From positions 1 through 64,000 of the forward strand of contig CAWJSR010000031.1 of assembly GCA_963845515.1 (NCBI GenBank): 64,000 nucleotides of DNA, written 5' to 3'. How positions within the stretch are numbered: position 1 is the first letter of the stretch; each line of letters opens with the position of its first letter. Origin of the DNA: an uncultured delta proteobacterium (GTDB lineage: Bacteria; Myxococcota; Myxococcia; Myxococcales; Anaeromyxobacteraceae). This document shows positions 21,619-31,806 of the stretch, piece by piece. The notes below the pieces were generated by a model. That model was not told the origin of the DNA and ran no database searches. It saw nothing but the letters and a program-made list of their open reading frames with translations. A program made the translations under genes and the position numbers.

Positions 21619-22626
21619 ATGGACAGCGATTCCCGAGACGACACCCGCATCCGTGCGCTGGCCCAGCCGGATCTCGACGCGGTCGTCGACATCGACGCGG
21701 CCGTCGAAGGCCGCACGCGCCGCGCCTATTTCCAGCGCCGGCTCGCCGCCGCACTGAAGCAACCCGCACTGCACCTGCAGTTGGCCGCCGTCGATGCCTC
21801 CGGGCTGGCCGGCTACATCCTGGCGCGCCGCACGAGCGGTGAATTCGGCCGCACCGCGCCGGGCCTTCGGCTGGAGGTCGTCGGTGTGCGCGAGGACCGG
21901 CGCGGCCACGGGGTGGGCCGGCAGCTGCTGGACGCATTGACCGACTACGCCACACGCCACGGCGTGACCGAGTTGCGCACCACCGCAGTCTGGACCAACA
22001 CGCGCATGCTGCGCTGGCTGCACGCGATGGGCTTCGAGCTGGCGCCCGACCGCGTGCTGGACTGCGTCGTCGGCGACGGCTACCAGGCCGAGCGCGGCGA
22101 CGCGCTGGACCTGCCGGCCGACGACAGCCGGGGGCGCGAGATCGACTACGGTGCGCCCGAGACCAACGACTTCGAGCGCGTCGGCAAGCTGCTGGCGGAG
22201 GTGCGCGCGATGCATCCCGAAGACCTGCCGCAGATCTGCCGCATCGACCGCCAGATCACCGGCCGCGACCGCCAGGCCTACATCGCCGAAAAGCTGGGCG
22301 AGGCGATGGACGACTCGGCGATCCGGGTCTCGCTCAGCGCGCGCCTGGACGGCGCGATCGTCGGCTACCTGATGGCGCGCGCCGATCTCGGCGACTTCGG
22401 CCGCACCGAGCCGGTGGCCGTGCTCGACACCATCGGCGTCGATCCGATCTATGCACGCCATGGCGTCGGCCACGCGCTGTTGTCGCAGCTGTTCGCCAAC
22501 CTGGACGCGCTGCGCATCGACCGTGTCGAGACGGTGGTCGCGCCGGCCGACCTGCCGCTGCTGGGCTTGCTCTACCGCACCGGCTTCAAGCCGTCGCAGC
22601 GGCTGGCCTTCGTGCGGCGTGCGTGA
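21619..22626 (+). CDS. Tandem GNAT acetyltransferase (BadL-like)
   Basis: Two GNAT repeats with RRGHGVGRQLL and ARHGVGHALL acetyl-CoA-binding motifs. Confidence 0.85.
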   Translation: MDSDSRDDTRIRALAQPDLDAVVDIDAAVEGRTRRAYFQRRLAAALKQPALHLQLAAVDASGLAGYILARRTSGEFGRTAPGLRLEVVGVREDRRGHGVGRQLLDALTDYATRHGVTELRTTAVWTNTRMLRWLHAMGFELAPDRVLDCVVGDGYQAERGDALDLPADDSRGREIDYGAPETNDFERVGKLLAEVRAMHPEDLPQICRIDRQITGRDRQAYIAEKLGEAMDDSAIRVSLSARLDGAIVGYLMARADLGDFGRTEPVAVLDTIGVDPIYARHGVGHALLSQLFANLDALRIDRVETVVAPADLPLLGLLYRTGFKPSQRLAFVRRA

Positions 22627-22689
22627 CACGGCGAGCCGGTATCGCTGAGCCGCGCTCGAACCGGACCCGCGACTATGCCGGTTGGCTGC

Positions 22690-22846
22690 CGCGGCCACCG
22701 AGCCCGAGCCGAGGGTTTTCGTCAGGGGTCTCCTGGCGCCGCGGAAGGTCCCGCGTGCGATAGAGTCCTTGGCCGGGTTGCCGAAAACGGCCACCGGCAA
22801 GATCCAAGGTTTCAGGCTGCGTGAACATCAGGCGCAGCCGAGCTGA
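22690..22846 (+). pseudogene. 3' remnant of a benzoate-CoA-ligase-family gene
   Basis: Translates to FVRGLLAPRKVPRAIESLAGLPKTATGKIQGFRLRE..stop, a degenerate C-terminal PKTATGKIQRF motif with no upstream body. Confidence 0.75.
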
Positions 22847-22885
22847 CTTCCATCCCGACCCTTCCTGCCACCCCAAGGAGACCCC

Positions 22886-24049
22886 ATGAAGCCGTTGCAC
22901 ACGATGATCCTCGCCAGCGCCGTGCTCGGCCTCGCACCGGCCGGCGCGCTGGCGCAGGCCAAGCTCAAGGTGGGCCTGATGCTGCCCTACACCGGCACCT
23001 TCGCGGCGCTGGGCAACGCCATCGAGAACGGCTTCCGGCTCTACGTGACCGAGCAGGGCGGCAAGCTCGGCGGCCGCGAGATCGAGTTCGTCAAGGTCGA
23101 CGACGAGTCCGACCCGTCCAAGGCCACCGACAACGTCAACAAGCTGATCAAGCGCGACAACGTCGACGTGCTGGTCGGCAGCGTGCACTCGCGGCGTGGC
23201 CATGGCCATGGCCAAGGTGGCCAAGGACAGCGGCACGCTGCTGATCGTGCCCAACGCCGGCGCCGACGCGGTGACCGGCGCGATGTGCGCGCCGAACATC
23301 TTCCGCAGCAGCTTCAGCAACTGGCAGCCGGGCTACGCCATGGGCGAGGTGATGGCCAAGAAGGGCTACAAGACGGCGGTCACCATCACCTGGAAGTACG
23401 CCGCCGGCGACGAGATGGTGCGCGGCTTCAAGGAGGCCTTCGAAAAAGGCGGCGGCAAGGTCATCAAGGAGCTGAACCTGCCCTTCCCGAACGTCGAGTT
23501 CCAGGCGCTGCTGACCGAGATCGCGGCCACCAAGCCCGACGCCGTGTTCACCTTCTTCGCCGGCGGCGGCGCGGTGAAGTTCGTCAAGGACTACGCCGCG
23601 GCCGGGTCTGAAGAAGAGCATTCCGCTGTACGGCACCGGCTTCCTGACCGACGGCACGCTGGAGGCGCAGGGTGCCGCCGCCGAGGGCCTGCTGACCACG
23701 CTGCACTACGCCGACGGCCTGAACACGCCGCGCGACAACGCCTTCCGCCTGGCCTACGCCAAGAGCCTACAAGCTGCAGCCCGACGTGTATGCGGTGCAG
23801 GGCTACGACGCGGCGCAGATGCTCGGCATCGGCCTGGCCGCGGTGAAGGGCGACGTGAGCAAGAAGGCCGAGTTCGTCGCCGCGGTGCAGAAGGCGCGCA
23901 TCGACAGCCCGCGCGGCGCGTTCACGCTGTCCAAGGCGCACAACCCGGTGCAGGACATCTACCTGCGCCAGGTCGGCGGCCAAGGAGAACAAGGTCATCG
24001 GCGTGGCCAGCAAGGCCTGACCGACCCGGCGCGCGGCTGCAAGATGTAG
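22886..24049 (+). CDS. Branched-chain/aromatic-acid ABC transporter substrate-binding protein (several frameshifts)
   Basis: Signal peptide; KVGLMLPYTGTFAALG, DDESDP, PNIFRSSFSNWQ and YAVQGYDAA. Confidence 0.9.
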
Positions 24050-24111
24050 CACTGGCGCCATCGCGCTCCGCGCTGTCGCCTGCCCGTCGAGCGCCGGCAT
24101 CGGACTGCACC

Positions 24112-24999
24112 ATGGACCTTGCCACCTTCCTCATCCAGTGCCTGAACGCGCTGCAGTACGGGCTGCTGCTGTTTCTGGTGGCGTCGGGGCTGACGCTGAT
24201 CTTCGGCATCATGGGCGTCATCAACCTGGCGCACGGCAGCTTCTACATGATCGGCGCCTACATGGCCTTCGCGCTGGCGCCGATCGTGGGCGCCACCTTC
24301 GGCGGCGGCTTCTTCGCCACGCTGGCGGTCGGCCTGGTGCTGGCGGTGCTGCTGGGCTACGTGCTGGAGTGGGCCTTCTTCAGCTTCCTCTACGAGCGCG
24401 AGCACCTGCAGCAGGTGCTGATGACCTACGGCCTGATCCTGGTGTTCGAGGAACTGCGCAGCCTGCTCGTCGGCGACGACGTGCACGGCGTGGCACGCGC
24501 CGCCGCTGCTGGCCGGCACGCTGCCGCTGGGCGAGACTGATGACCTACCCGGTGTACCGGCTGTTCATCTCGGCGGTCTGCCTGGCGCTGGCCGCTGGGC
24601 ATGTACTTCGTGTTCACCCGCACCCGGCTGGGCATGATGATCCGCGCCGGCAGCCACCAACCGCGAGATGGTGCAGTCGCTGGGCATCGACATCAAGTTC
24701 CTGTACCGCGTGGTGTTCGCCGCCGGCGTGGCGCATCGCGGCGCTGGCCGGCATGGTGGCCGCGCCGGTGTCGTCGGTGTACCCGGGCATGGGCAACACC
24801 GGTGCTGATCATCTGCTTCGTGGTGGTGGTGATCGGCGGCATCGGCTCGATCCGCGGCGCGCTGCTGGCCGCGCTGCTGATCGGCGTGGTCGACACCTTC
24901 GGCAAGGTGCTGCTGCCGCAGGCCGCCGGCGTGCTGGTGTACGTGCTGATGGCGCTGATCCTGCTGTGGAAGCCGGACGGTCTGTTCAAGGCGGGATGA
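24112..24999 (+). CDS. ABC permease, LivH-like (frameshifted)
   Basis: GLTLIFGIMGVINLAHGSFYM and FVVVVIGGIGSIRGA. Confidence 0.88.
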
Positions 25000-25003
25000 A
25001 CGC

Positions 25004-26018
25004 ATGAACCGCATCGACGCTCCAAGACTCGATCTTCGTCGTGCCGCTGCCTTCGTGCGCGCTGGCGCTGCTTCCCGCTGGTCGGCCGGCAGCTTACGGC
25101 ATCGACCTGGTGACCAAGATCATGATCTACGCCATCTTCGCGCTCAGCCTGGAACTGCTGGTCGGCAGCACCGGGCTGGTGTGCTTCGGCCAGGCGGCGT
25201 TCTTCGGCATCGGCGCCTATGCCGCGGTGCTGCTGTCGCCGGCCGACGAGCCGGCCTCGCTGGCCTGGCTGCTGCCGGCGAGCGTGGCCGCGGCCGCGCT
25301 GTATGCGCTGTTCGTCGGCGCGCTGTCGCTGCGCACCAAGGGCGTGTACTTCATCATGGTCACGCTGGCCTTCGCGCAGATGGCCTACTACGTGGTGCAC
25401 GACACGCCGCTGGGCGGCGGCACCGACGGCATCTACCTGAACGCCAAGCCGGTGCTCGGCAGCCTGGCTCGACCTGGACCAGCCGCTGGCGCTGTACGCC
25501 TTCACGCTGGCCTGCCTGGTCGCGGTGTTCGGCTTCCTGGCGCTGCTGCTGCGCTCGCGCTTCGGCCGCGCGCTGGCCGGCATCCGCGTCAACGAGCAGC
25601 GCATGCGCGCCACCGGCTTCTCGACCTACCCGTACAAGCTGGCGGCGTTCACGATCTCGGGCGCGATCGCCGGGCTGGCCGGCTTCCTGTTCGCGGTGAA
25701 GGACGGCTTCGTCAACCCCGAGCTGCTGAGCTGGCACCTGTCGGGCGCGGTGCTGATCATGATCATCCTCGGCGGCCTCGGCCACCTGCGCGGCGCGCTG
25801 ATCGGCGCCTTCGCCTTCGCGCTGCTGCAGGAGTTCTTCAAGTCCGAGGCGATCTTCGGCGCCTTCGCCAAGCACTGGCATGCTGGGCCTGGGCCTGACC
25901 ATCATCGCCAGCGTGGCGCTGCTGCCGCGCGGCCTGGTCGGCGTGCCGGCGCAGTTGCGCGAGCGGCTCGACCGGCGCGTCGGCCGCCGTGCGCAGGCCG
26001 CGGAGGCGGCGGCGATGA
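25004..26018 (+). CDS. ABC permease, LivM-like (frameshifted)
   Basis: GLVCFGQAAFFGIGAY, YFIMVTLAFAQ and FGRALAGIRVNE. Confidence 0.88.
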
Positions 26019-26782
26019 GCGGCGAGCCTGACATGCTGCTGCGCGGCCACGACATCACGCGCCGCTGGGGCGGCCTGGTGGCGGTGGACAAGGTGTCGAT
26101 CGAGCTCGAGCGCGGCAGCGTGCACGCGGTGATCGGCACCAACGGCGCCGGCAAGTCGACGCTGATCAACATGCTGTCCGGCGAGATCCCGCCCATCGCG
26201 CGGCCGCGTCGAGCTGCTGGGGCAGGACGTGACCGCCTGGTCGCAGCCGCGCCGCGCCCGCGCCGGCCTGGGCCGCAGCTACCAGCGCACCACCATCTAT
26301 CCCGAGCTTCACGCGTGTTCGAGAACTGCCGCCTGGCGGCGCAGGCGCGCACGCAGACGCCCTGGGACTGGTGGCAGCGACGCGCAGCGCTGCGCGGCCA
26401 GCACCGCCGCGGCGCGCGAGGCCGCCGACGCGCGCCGGCCTGGGCGACGTGCTGCGACCGCCAGGCCGGCCTGCTGTCGCACGGCCAGAAGCGCCAGCTC
26501 GAGATCGCCATGTGCCTGGCCACCGCAGCCGCAGGTGCTGCTGCTCGACGAGCCGCTGGCCGGCATGGGCGCCGAGGAGACCGAGCGCATGCTGGCGCTG
26601 CTGGCCGAGCTGAAGGCCGGCCACGCGATCCTGCTGGTCGAGCACGACATGGACGCGGTGTTCCGCATCGCCGACCGCATCACGGTGATGGTCAACGGCG
26701 CGGTCATCGCCTCGCGACACGCCGCGAGGCGGTGCGCACCAACCCCGAGGTGCAGACCGCCTACCTGGGCGAGGAGCACTGA
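26015..26782 (+). CDS. ABC ATP-binding protein, LivG-like (frameshifted)
   Basis: GTNGAGKST, LSHGQKR, LLLDEP and VEHDM. Confidence 0.88.
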   Translation: MSGEPDMLLRGHDITRRWGGLVAVDKVSIELERGSVHAVIGTNGAGKSTLINMLSGEIPPIARPRRAAGAGRDRLVAAAPRPRRPGPQLPAHHHLSRASRVFENCRLAAQARTQTPWDWWQRRAALRGQHRRGARGRRRAPAWATCCDRQAGLLSHGQKRQLEIAMCLATAAAGAAARRAAGRHGRRGDRAHAGAAGRAEGRPRDPAGRARHGRGVPHRRPHHGDGQRRGHRLATRREAVRTNPEVQTAYLGEEH

Positions 26783-26784
26783 GC

Positions 26785-27512
26785 ATGACACGCACCAGGA
26801 CCCGCTGCTCGACGCGCACGGGCCTGCACGCCTGGTACGGCTCCAGCCACGTGCTGCACGGCGTCGACCTGCAGCATCGCGCGCGGCCAGACGGTGGGCC
26901 TGCTCGGCCGCAACGGCATGGGCAAGAGCACGCTGATCCGCACGCTGCTCGGGCCACGTGACGCAGCGCGACGGGCAGCATCCAGCTGTTCGGCCAGGAC
27001 ATGCTCGCGGGCCAGGCCGCACGAGGTGGCGCGCCTGGGCGTGGCCTACGTGCCCGAAGGCCGCGGCGTGTTCCCGAACCTGACGCGTGCGCGAGAACCT
27101 GGTGATGGCCGCGCGCCGCGGCCGCGACGGCCGCGACGACTGGACGCTACGAGCGCGTGCTGCAGACCTTCCCGCGGCTGACGGAGCGCCTCGACCAACC
27201 TGGGCGCGCAGCTGTCCGGCGGCGAGCAGCAGATGCTGTCGATCGGCCGCGCGCTGATGACGCACCCGGAGCTGATCATCCTGGACGAGGCCACCGAAGG
27301 CCTGGCGCCGCTGATCGTGGCCGAGATCTGGCGCGTCATCGGCGAGATCCGCGCAGACGGCATCGCCACGCTGATCGTCGACCGCGACTACCGCCGCGTG
27401 CTGGCGCACAGCCGACCAGGCGCTGGTGCTGCAGAAGGGGCAGGTCGTGCTCAGCGGTGCGGCCGAGAAGGTGGCCGCGAGCGCGGCGTTGTCGACGTAT
27501 CTGGGGCTGTGA
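26785..27512 (+). CDS. ABC ATP-binding protein, LivF-like (frameshifted)
   Basis: GRNGMGKST, LSGGEQQML and ILDEATEGLAP. Confidence 0.88.
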
Positions 27513-27672
27513 ATTGCCTGATCCAAGCGGATCGGTCGGGGCATGGACCTCAGATCCGCCTCGACGTTGAGCGTTGCCCGCTTCGTGCATCACCTGTTCG
27601 CGATGCGCCTCGGCCCCAGCCGGCAGCTGTGACGCAGCACCTGGAAACCCAACGCTGCGATGAACGGCCTGC

Positions 27673-28360
27673 TCAGCCTCGGCGTGTTTCGGCCTGCAGA
27701 CGATGCCTGTCCGGCACGACGATCTTGCGACCTTCGACGTGCAGCAGTCCGGCGTTGGCCAACTCGTGCAGGATCCGGGAGAAGTGCTCGGGTGTCAGGT
27801 TCAACTGCGAGGCGATCTCGCCTTTGGCCGCGGGCAGCGTCAGCGCAAAGGCCGCGCTCGCCGCGGCCGTGACGCAGCAGATAGTCGACGAAGCGCTCGG
27901 TACCCGTGCCCAGCGCCTGACGGTCGAGTTCTCGCACCAGCCGCTCGACGCGCTGGCTCAGACCCGCGATCATCCGGCGCGCGAACTTCGGGTTGCGCTC
28001 GAGTTCGGCGAACACGGCGTCCTTGGGCACGTGCAGCACCAGCGCGTCGCTGGCCGCCTGGGCGTCGACCAGCGTCGGCCGCTCCAGGAACATCACCGGC
28101 TCGCCGAAGCTCTGCCCCGGCCCGACGATGCCGGACAGCCGCGACCGTTGCGCCGGCGTGCTCGAGATCAGCTTGATCTCGCCATAGACAACGACGTACA
28201 TCCCCGTTGCGGGCTCGCCCTTGCGGAACAGTACTTCGCCGCGCTCGAGCCGGCGCCGTGTCGTGCATGCCGCAAGACGAGCCAGCGCCGCAGCATCCAG
28301 CGCCTTGAACAGCGGCAAGCCGGCCAGGAAGGCCTCGCAGGCAGTTCCTTGCGGCGCCAT
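27673..28360 (-). CDS. Crp/Fnr-family regulator, Dnr-like (frameshift near 27850)
   Basis: cNMP-binding-like domain (GQSFGE) and, after the shift, the HTH KGEIASQLNLTPEHFSRIL; no N-terminal FNR Cys cluster. Confidence 0.85.
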
Positions 28361-28366
28361 GCCGGC

Positions 28367-28973
28367 TCAGTTCACGACGCTGATCAGTGCGGGGTCGTCG
28401 GCATGCTCGACCAGGATCGTCCGCACCCAGCCTTGCCAGGCGTCGGCAAAGGCCTTGCGCGTGGCCGCGTCCGCGCCCGGCGTCAGCGCCTTGCGCATCA
28501 ATGCGGCAAGCGTCGCCGGCCGCGGCACCGCCTGCGGCCGATGCGCCAGTTCGACCGCCTGGCCGGTGTCCAGCCGCGTGAAGCGGATCTCGCCCGTCAT
28601 CGGCACGCCGAAGCGCAGCAGACCGTCGCGCGCGAAGCGGCCCGCCAGCCCCTTGAATCCGCCCTCGTTCGCGGCACCGGTGATCAGGCCCGCGACGCTG
28701 GCGATCACGCCGGCCACGCCCTCGTCGACGCGCCTGGCGCAGTTCGACCCGCACCTCGCCGCGGCGGGGCATGTCCTGCGGGTACAGGCGCGCCAGCGCC
28801 GTGCGCGTCATCAGCCAGGCGCCGGCCACGGTCGGGCATGAATGGCCGGCGAGCTTGACCGCATCGAGGTAGCGGTACTCGATCACCCCGCCCTCGGCCG
28901 CACCCAGCAGGTCGGCCAGCGGGTCGACCACGCTGATCGGCGGCACGTGCGTCGAAGAAGGCGGGAGCTTCAT
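28367..28973 (-). CDS. FmdE-like conserved protein (frameshift near 28735)
   Basis: DPLADLLGA..YLDAVKLAGHSCPTVAGA and GGFKGLAGRFAR. Confidence 0.7.
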
Positions 28974-29084
28974 GATGTCGCCATCTCTCAAGCGCCGCGC
29001 ACGCGCAAGCGAGCTGGCCCAGCCGCTGCCGCACCAACCGTGCGCCGACCAGCACGGCGGCCGGGTACCTCGCACGGCCTCCTC

Positions 29085-29414
29085 GTCCGCGCATGCTCAC
29101 CACAGCATCTTGAACCGGCCGTGCGGACGATCTCGCGTGCGGCACATGGGCCGGCATGAGCAGGGTGTCGCCCTCTGCAAGCCGATAGCCGGCGCCGCCG
29201 ACTTGAATGTCGGCAGTGCCTCGACGCCGATCACCAGCGCATCGAAGGGCGCCGGCATGCTCGCTCAGCCCTTCCCCACCTTCGAAGGCGAACAGGGTCG
29301 ACACTGCCACCCGCGTCGGCAAGCGCGGCTGACCACGGCCTTGTCCTGGACTGAAGCAGCTGCATCAGGTTTTCCACCTTGGGTGGACGTGCGTTGGCTG
29401 GTCGGATCGTTCAT
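29085..29414 (-). pseudogene. Cupin-domain gene, disrupted
   Basis: TLFAFEGGEGLSEH, GDTLLMPAHVPH and FKML pieces distributed over different frames. Confidence 0.6.
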
Positions 29415-29418
29415 GACC

Positions 29419-29505
29419 TCATCCGCTCGGCCGTCGGGTGGCCTGACGCAGCGGCTCGTGCAGGCGTCGTGCTCTGTGCAGGGTGCGGGGAATCTCGAAC
29501 TTCAT
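29419..29505 (-). pseudogene. Short 5' gene remnant, possibly of a hemerythrin-like protein
   Basis: AAGGAG RBS followed by [19 protein letters not shown], ending after 28 codons. Confidence 0.35.
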
Positions 29506-29525
29506 GATCGTGACTCCTTGGGATT

Positions 29526-30029
29526 TCAGTGCAGGCCTGCGGATCGGCTTGAAGCCGGGGTGGTCGAAGTGGCTGCCGTACTGGTTGACGGCCTGCGCCA
29601 CCTTCACCAGGCCCAGCGCCGGGCGCAGCTTGGCGTTCTTGCCGGCCATCGCGTCGGTGCCCTCACCGAGGTCGGCGATCACCAGGTGCAGCATCGCGTC
29701 GGCCTTCGGCTCGAGCTTGCAGTTGGCGACGATGCCGCCGACTTCGGTCTCGATCTGCGTGGCCAGCTCGCGGTACTGCGCGGGCGTGAGCTTGCCGGCG
29801 TGCGCCGCGCCCAGCTGCGGTTCGACCAGGCCGCGGATGCGCCCCATGCCGTCGCGCAGCGGCTCGTCGGTGCCCCACTTGTGGCCCTGGTTCAGGGTGA
29901 GCTTGTGCGGCGCGGCCGCGTCGTGGCTGTGCGTCGCGGTTTGCGCCAGCGCCGGACCGCCGACGCAGCGACCAGCACCGCTGCCGCAGCGGCGCCCGAT
30001 GAACAGATGTCCGATTTCGACGGTGCCAT
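29526..30029 (-). CDS. DnrO-like exported His-containing protein (frameshifted at both ends)
   Basis: AAGGAG RBS and signal peptide; [39 protein letters not shown] and YGSHFDHPG. Confidence 0.65.
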
Positions 30030-30218
30030 CTCGCATCTCCTTGGGGTTGCGGAGGCATCCATTGCCTTCACTGCTGGGTCAGATCGGGCGGGATGGGTTC
30101 GATCGCACCTTCGACTTCCTTAGGAATCATCAAGAAATTGGCCGTGCACACCAGGGACTGCAGGCGCTATATGGACTTCTGCCCGCTCGGGAGGATCCCG
30201 TGGCGTCGGAGGTTGCCG

Positions 30219-30980
30219 ATGCATCGCTTCCACATCTACCGTTACGACCCGGACATCGATGCGCCGCCGCGCATGCAGACCTACGAGCTCGAGGTCGAGC
30301 GAGCGACCGCATGCTGCTCGACGTGCTGATCAAGCTGAAGGCGCTCGACCCCACCCTCAGCTTCCGCCGCTCCTGCCGCGAAGGCGTCTGCGGCTCCGAC
30401 GCCATGAACATCAACGGCAAGAACGGGCTGGCCTGCCTGACCAACATGCGCGCGCTGCCGAACAGCCGTGGTGCTCAAGCCGCTGCCGGGTCTGCCGGTG
30501 ATCCGCGACCTGTTCGTCGACATGACCGGCTTCTTCAAGCAGTACCACTCGATCAAGCCGTGGCTCGTCAACGACGATCCGCCGCCGGAGCGCGAGCGGC
30601 TGCAGTCGCCCGAGGCGCGCGACGAGCTCAACGGCTTGTACGAGTGCATCCTGTGCGCCTGCTGCTCGTCCGCCTGCCCGAGCTTCTGGTGGAACCCGGA
30701 CAAGTACGTCGGGCCGGCCGGCCTGCTGCAGGCCTACCGCTTCCTGGTCGACAGCCGCGACCAGGCGACCGGCGAGCGGCTCGACAACCTCGAGGACCCG
30801 TACCGTCTGTTCCGCTGCCGCACGATCCTGAACTGCACCGACGTCTGCCCGAAGGGACTGAACCCGGCACTGGCGATCGGCCAGATCCGCGACATGCTGG
30901 TACGGCGCGCGAATATGAACGTACTCGGGGCCAGCCGGGTCACTTCACCAAGCACCCGCGCGCCTGCTGTCTTTGTTTGA
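30219..30980 (+). CDS. sdhB: Succinate dehydrogenase iron-sulfur subunit (frameshifts near 30305 and 30465; true stop probably about 30917)
   Basis: [35 protein letters not shown] and [17 protein letters not shown]. Confidence 0.92.
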
Positions 30981-31037
30981 CCACGTGGCTGGGACTGGGA
31001 ACGCACCGGCCGCGGACCGCTGCTGGCCGACATGGCG

Positions 31038-31550
31038 TCACGAACGCACCCACCCCGCCGGCACCGGCAGCCGCGGCCGATGCGGCTCCATCGCGCTCAG
31101 CGCATGCACCTGCGCCATCGACGCCAGGCAACGCCGCGTCAGCGCCTGGTAGATCAAGGTACCCTCGTGCTTGCCGGTGACCTCCTGATCGGTCAGTTCG
31201 CGTTGGTTGCGCGCCGGCAGGCCCGAGGCCAGCCAGCGCGCCGGCACCTTCATGCCGGCACGCACGAAGGCACAGGCGGCGACGATGGCCTGCTCACCGA
31301 TCTCGGCTTCGTCCATGACCACTGGCGTTGATGCCGACCAGTGCGCCGCGGCGTACCACGCAGGCATGCAGCACAGCCCCGTGCCCGATGTGGCCGTTTT
31401 CCTCGACCACCGTGTCGGCAAAGGGAAAGCCGTGCACGATGCAGCTGTCCTGCACGTTGGCACCGGCGTGCAGCACGATGCGGCCAAAGTCGGCGCAGCG
31501 ACCCACAGGGCCCTACGTAGCAGCCGGGGCCGACGATCACGTCGCCGAGG
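31038..31550 (-). pseudogene. paaY: PaaY/gamma-carbonic-anhydrase-like gene, 5'-truncated at the junction and frameshifted
   Basis: [42 protein letters not shown] and [15 protein letters not shown]; the N-terminus is missing. Confidence 0.8.
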
Positions 31551-31738
31551 AGCTCCGCACCGGCGCCGCCGACGGGGCGCGGCTCAGGGCGGCCCTGGCA
31601 CAGGTCGCGCGCGAGCGTGACGACGCGGCCGGCGAGCTGGATCGGACCCGGCGCGAGCGGGACGAGCTGGCGTCGGCGAAGCGGGCGCTCGAGCAGGTCC
31701 ACACGGCGCTCGCGCAGGCGCGCGCGCGACTCGGGTAG
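31541..31738 (+). pseudogene. 3' fragment of a coiled-coil protein gene lacking its 5' part
   Basis: VAEELR..RERDELASAKRALEQVHTALAQARARLG-stop heptad-like frame that begins exactly where paaY homology ends. Confidence 0.6.
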
Positions 31739-31743
31739 CTGCT

Positions 31744-31780
31744 CCCTCACCCTGACCCTCTCCCTCGATGAGGGAGAGGG
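31744..31780. repeat. REP-like element CCCTCACCC-N-CCCTCTCCC-loop-GGGAGAGGG
   Basis: CCCTCACCCTGACCCTCTCCCTCGATGAGGGAGAGGG; same family as the copies near 34040 and 45985. Confidence 0.8.
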
Positions 31781-31806
31781 AATTCCTCCGGGAGACGATC
31801 CGCGTG

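Noticed and set aside
30120..30133. Third FNR box (TTAGG-AATC-ATCAA) between the DnrO-like gene and sdhB
   Set aside because: Only one half-site matches; not supportable without conservation data.
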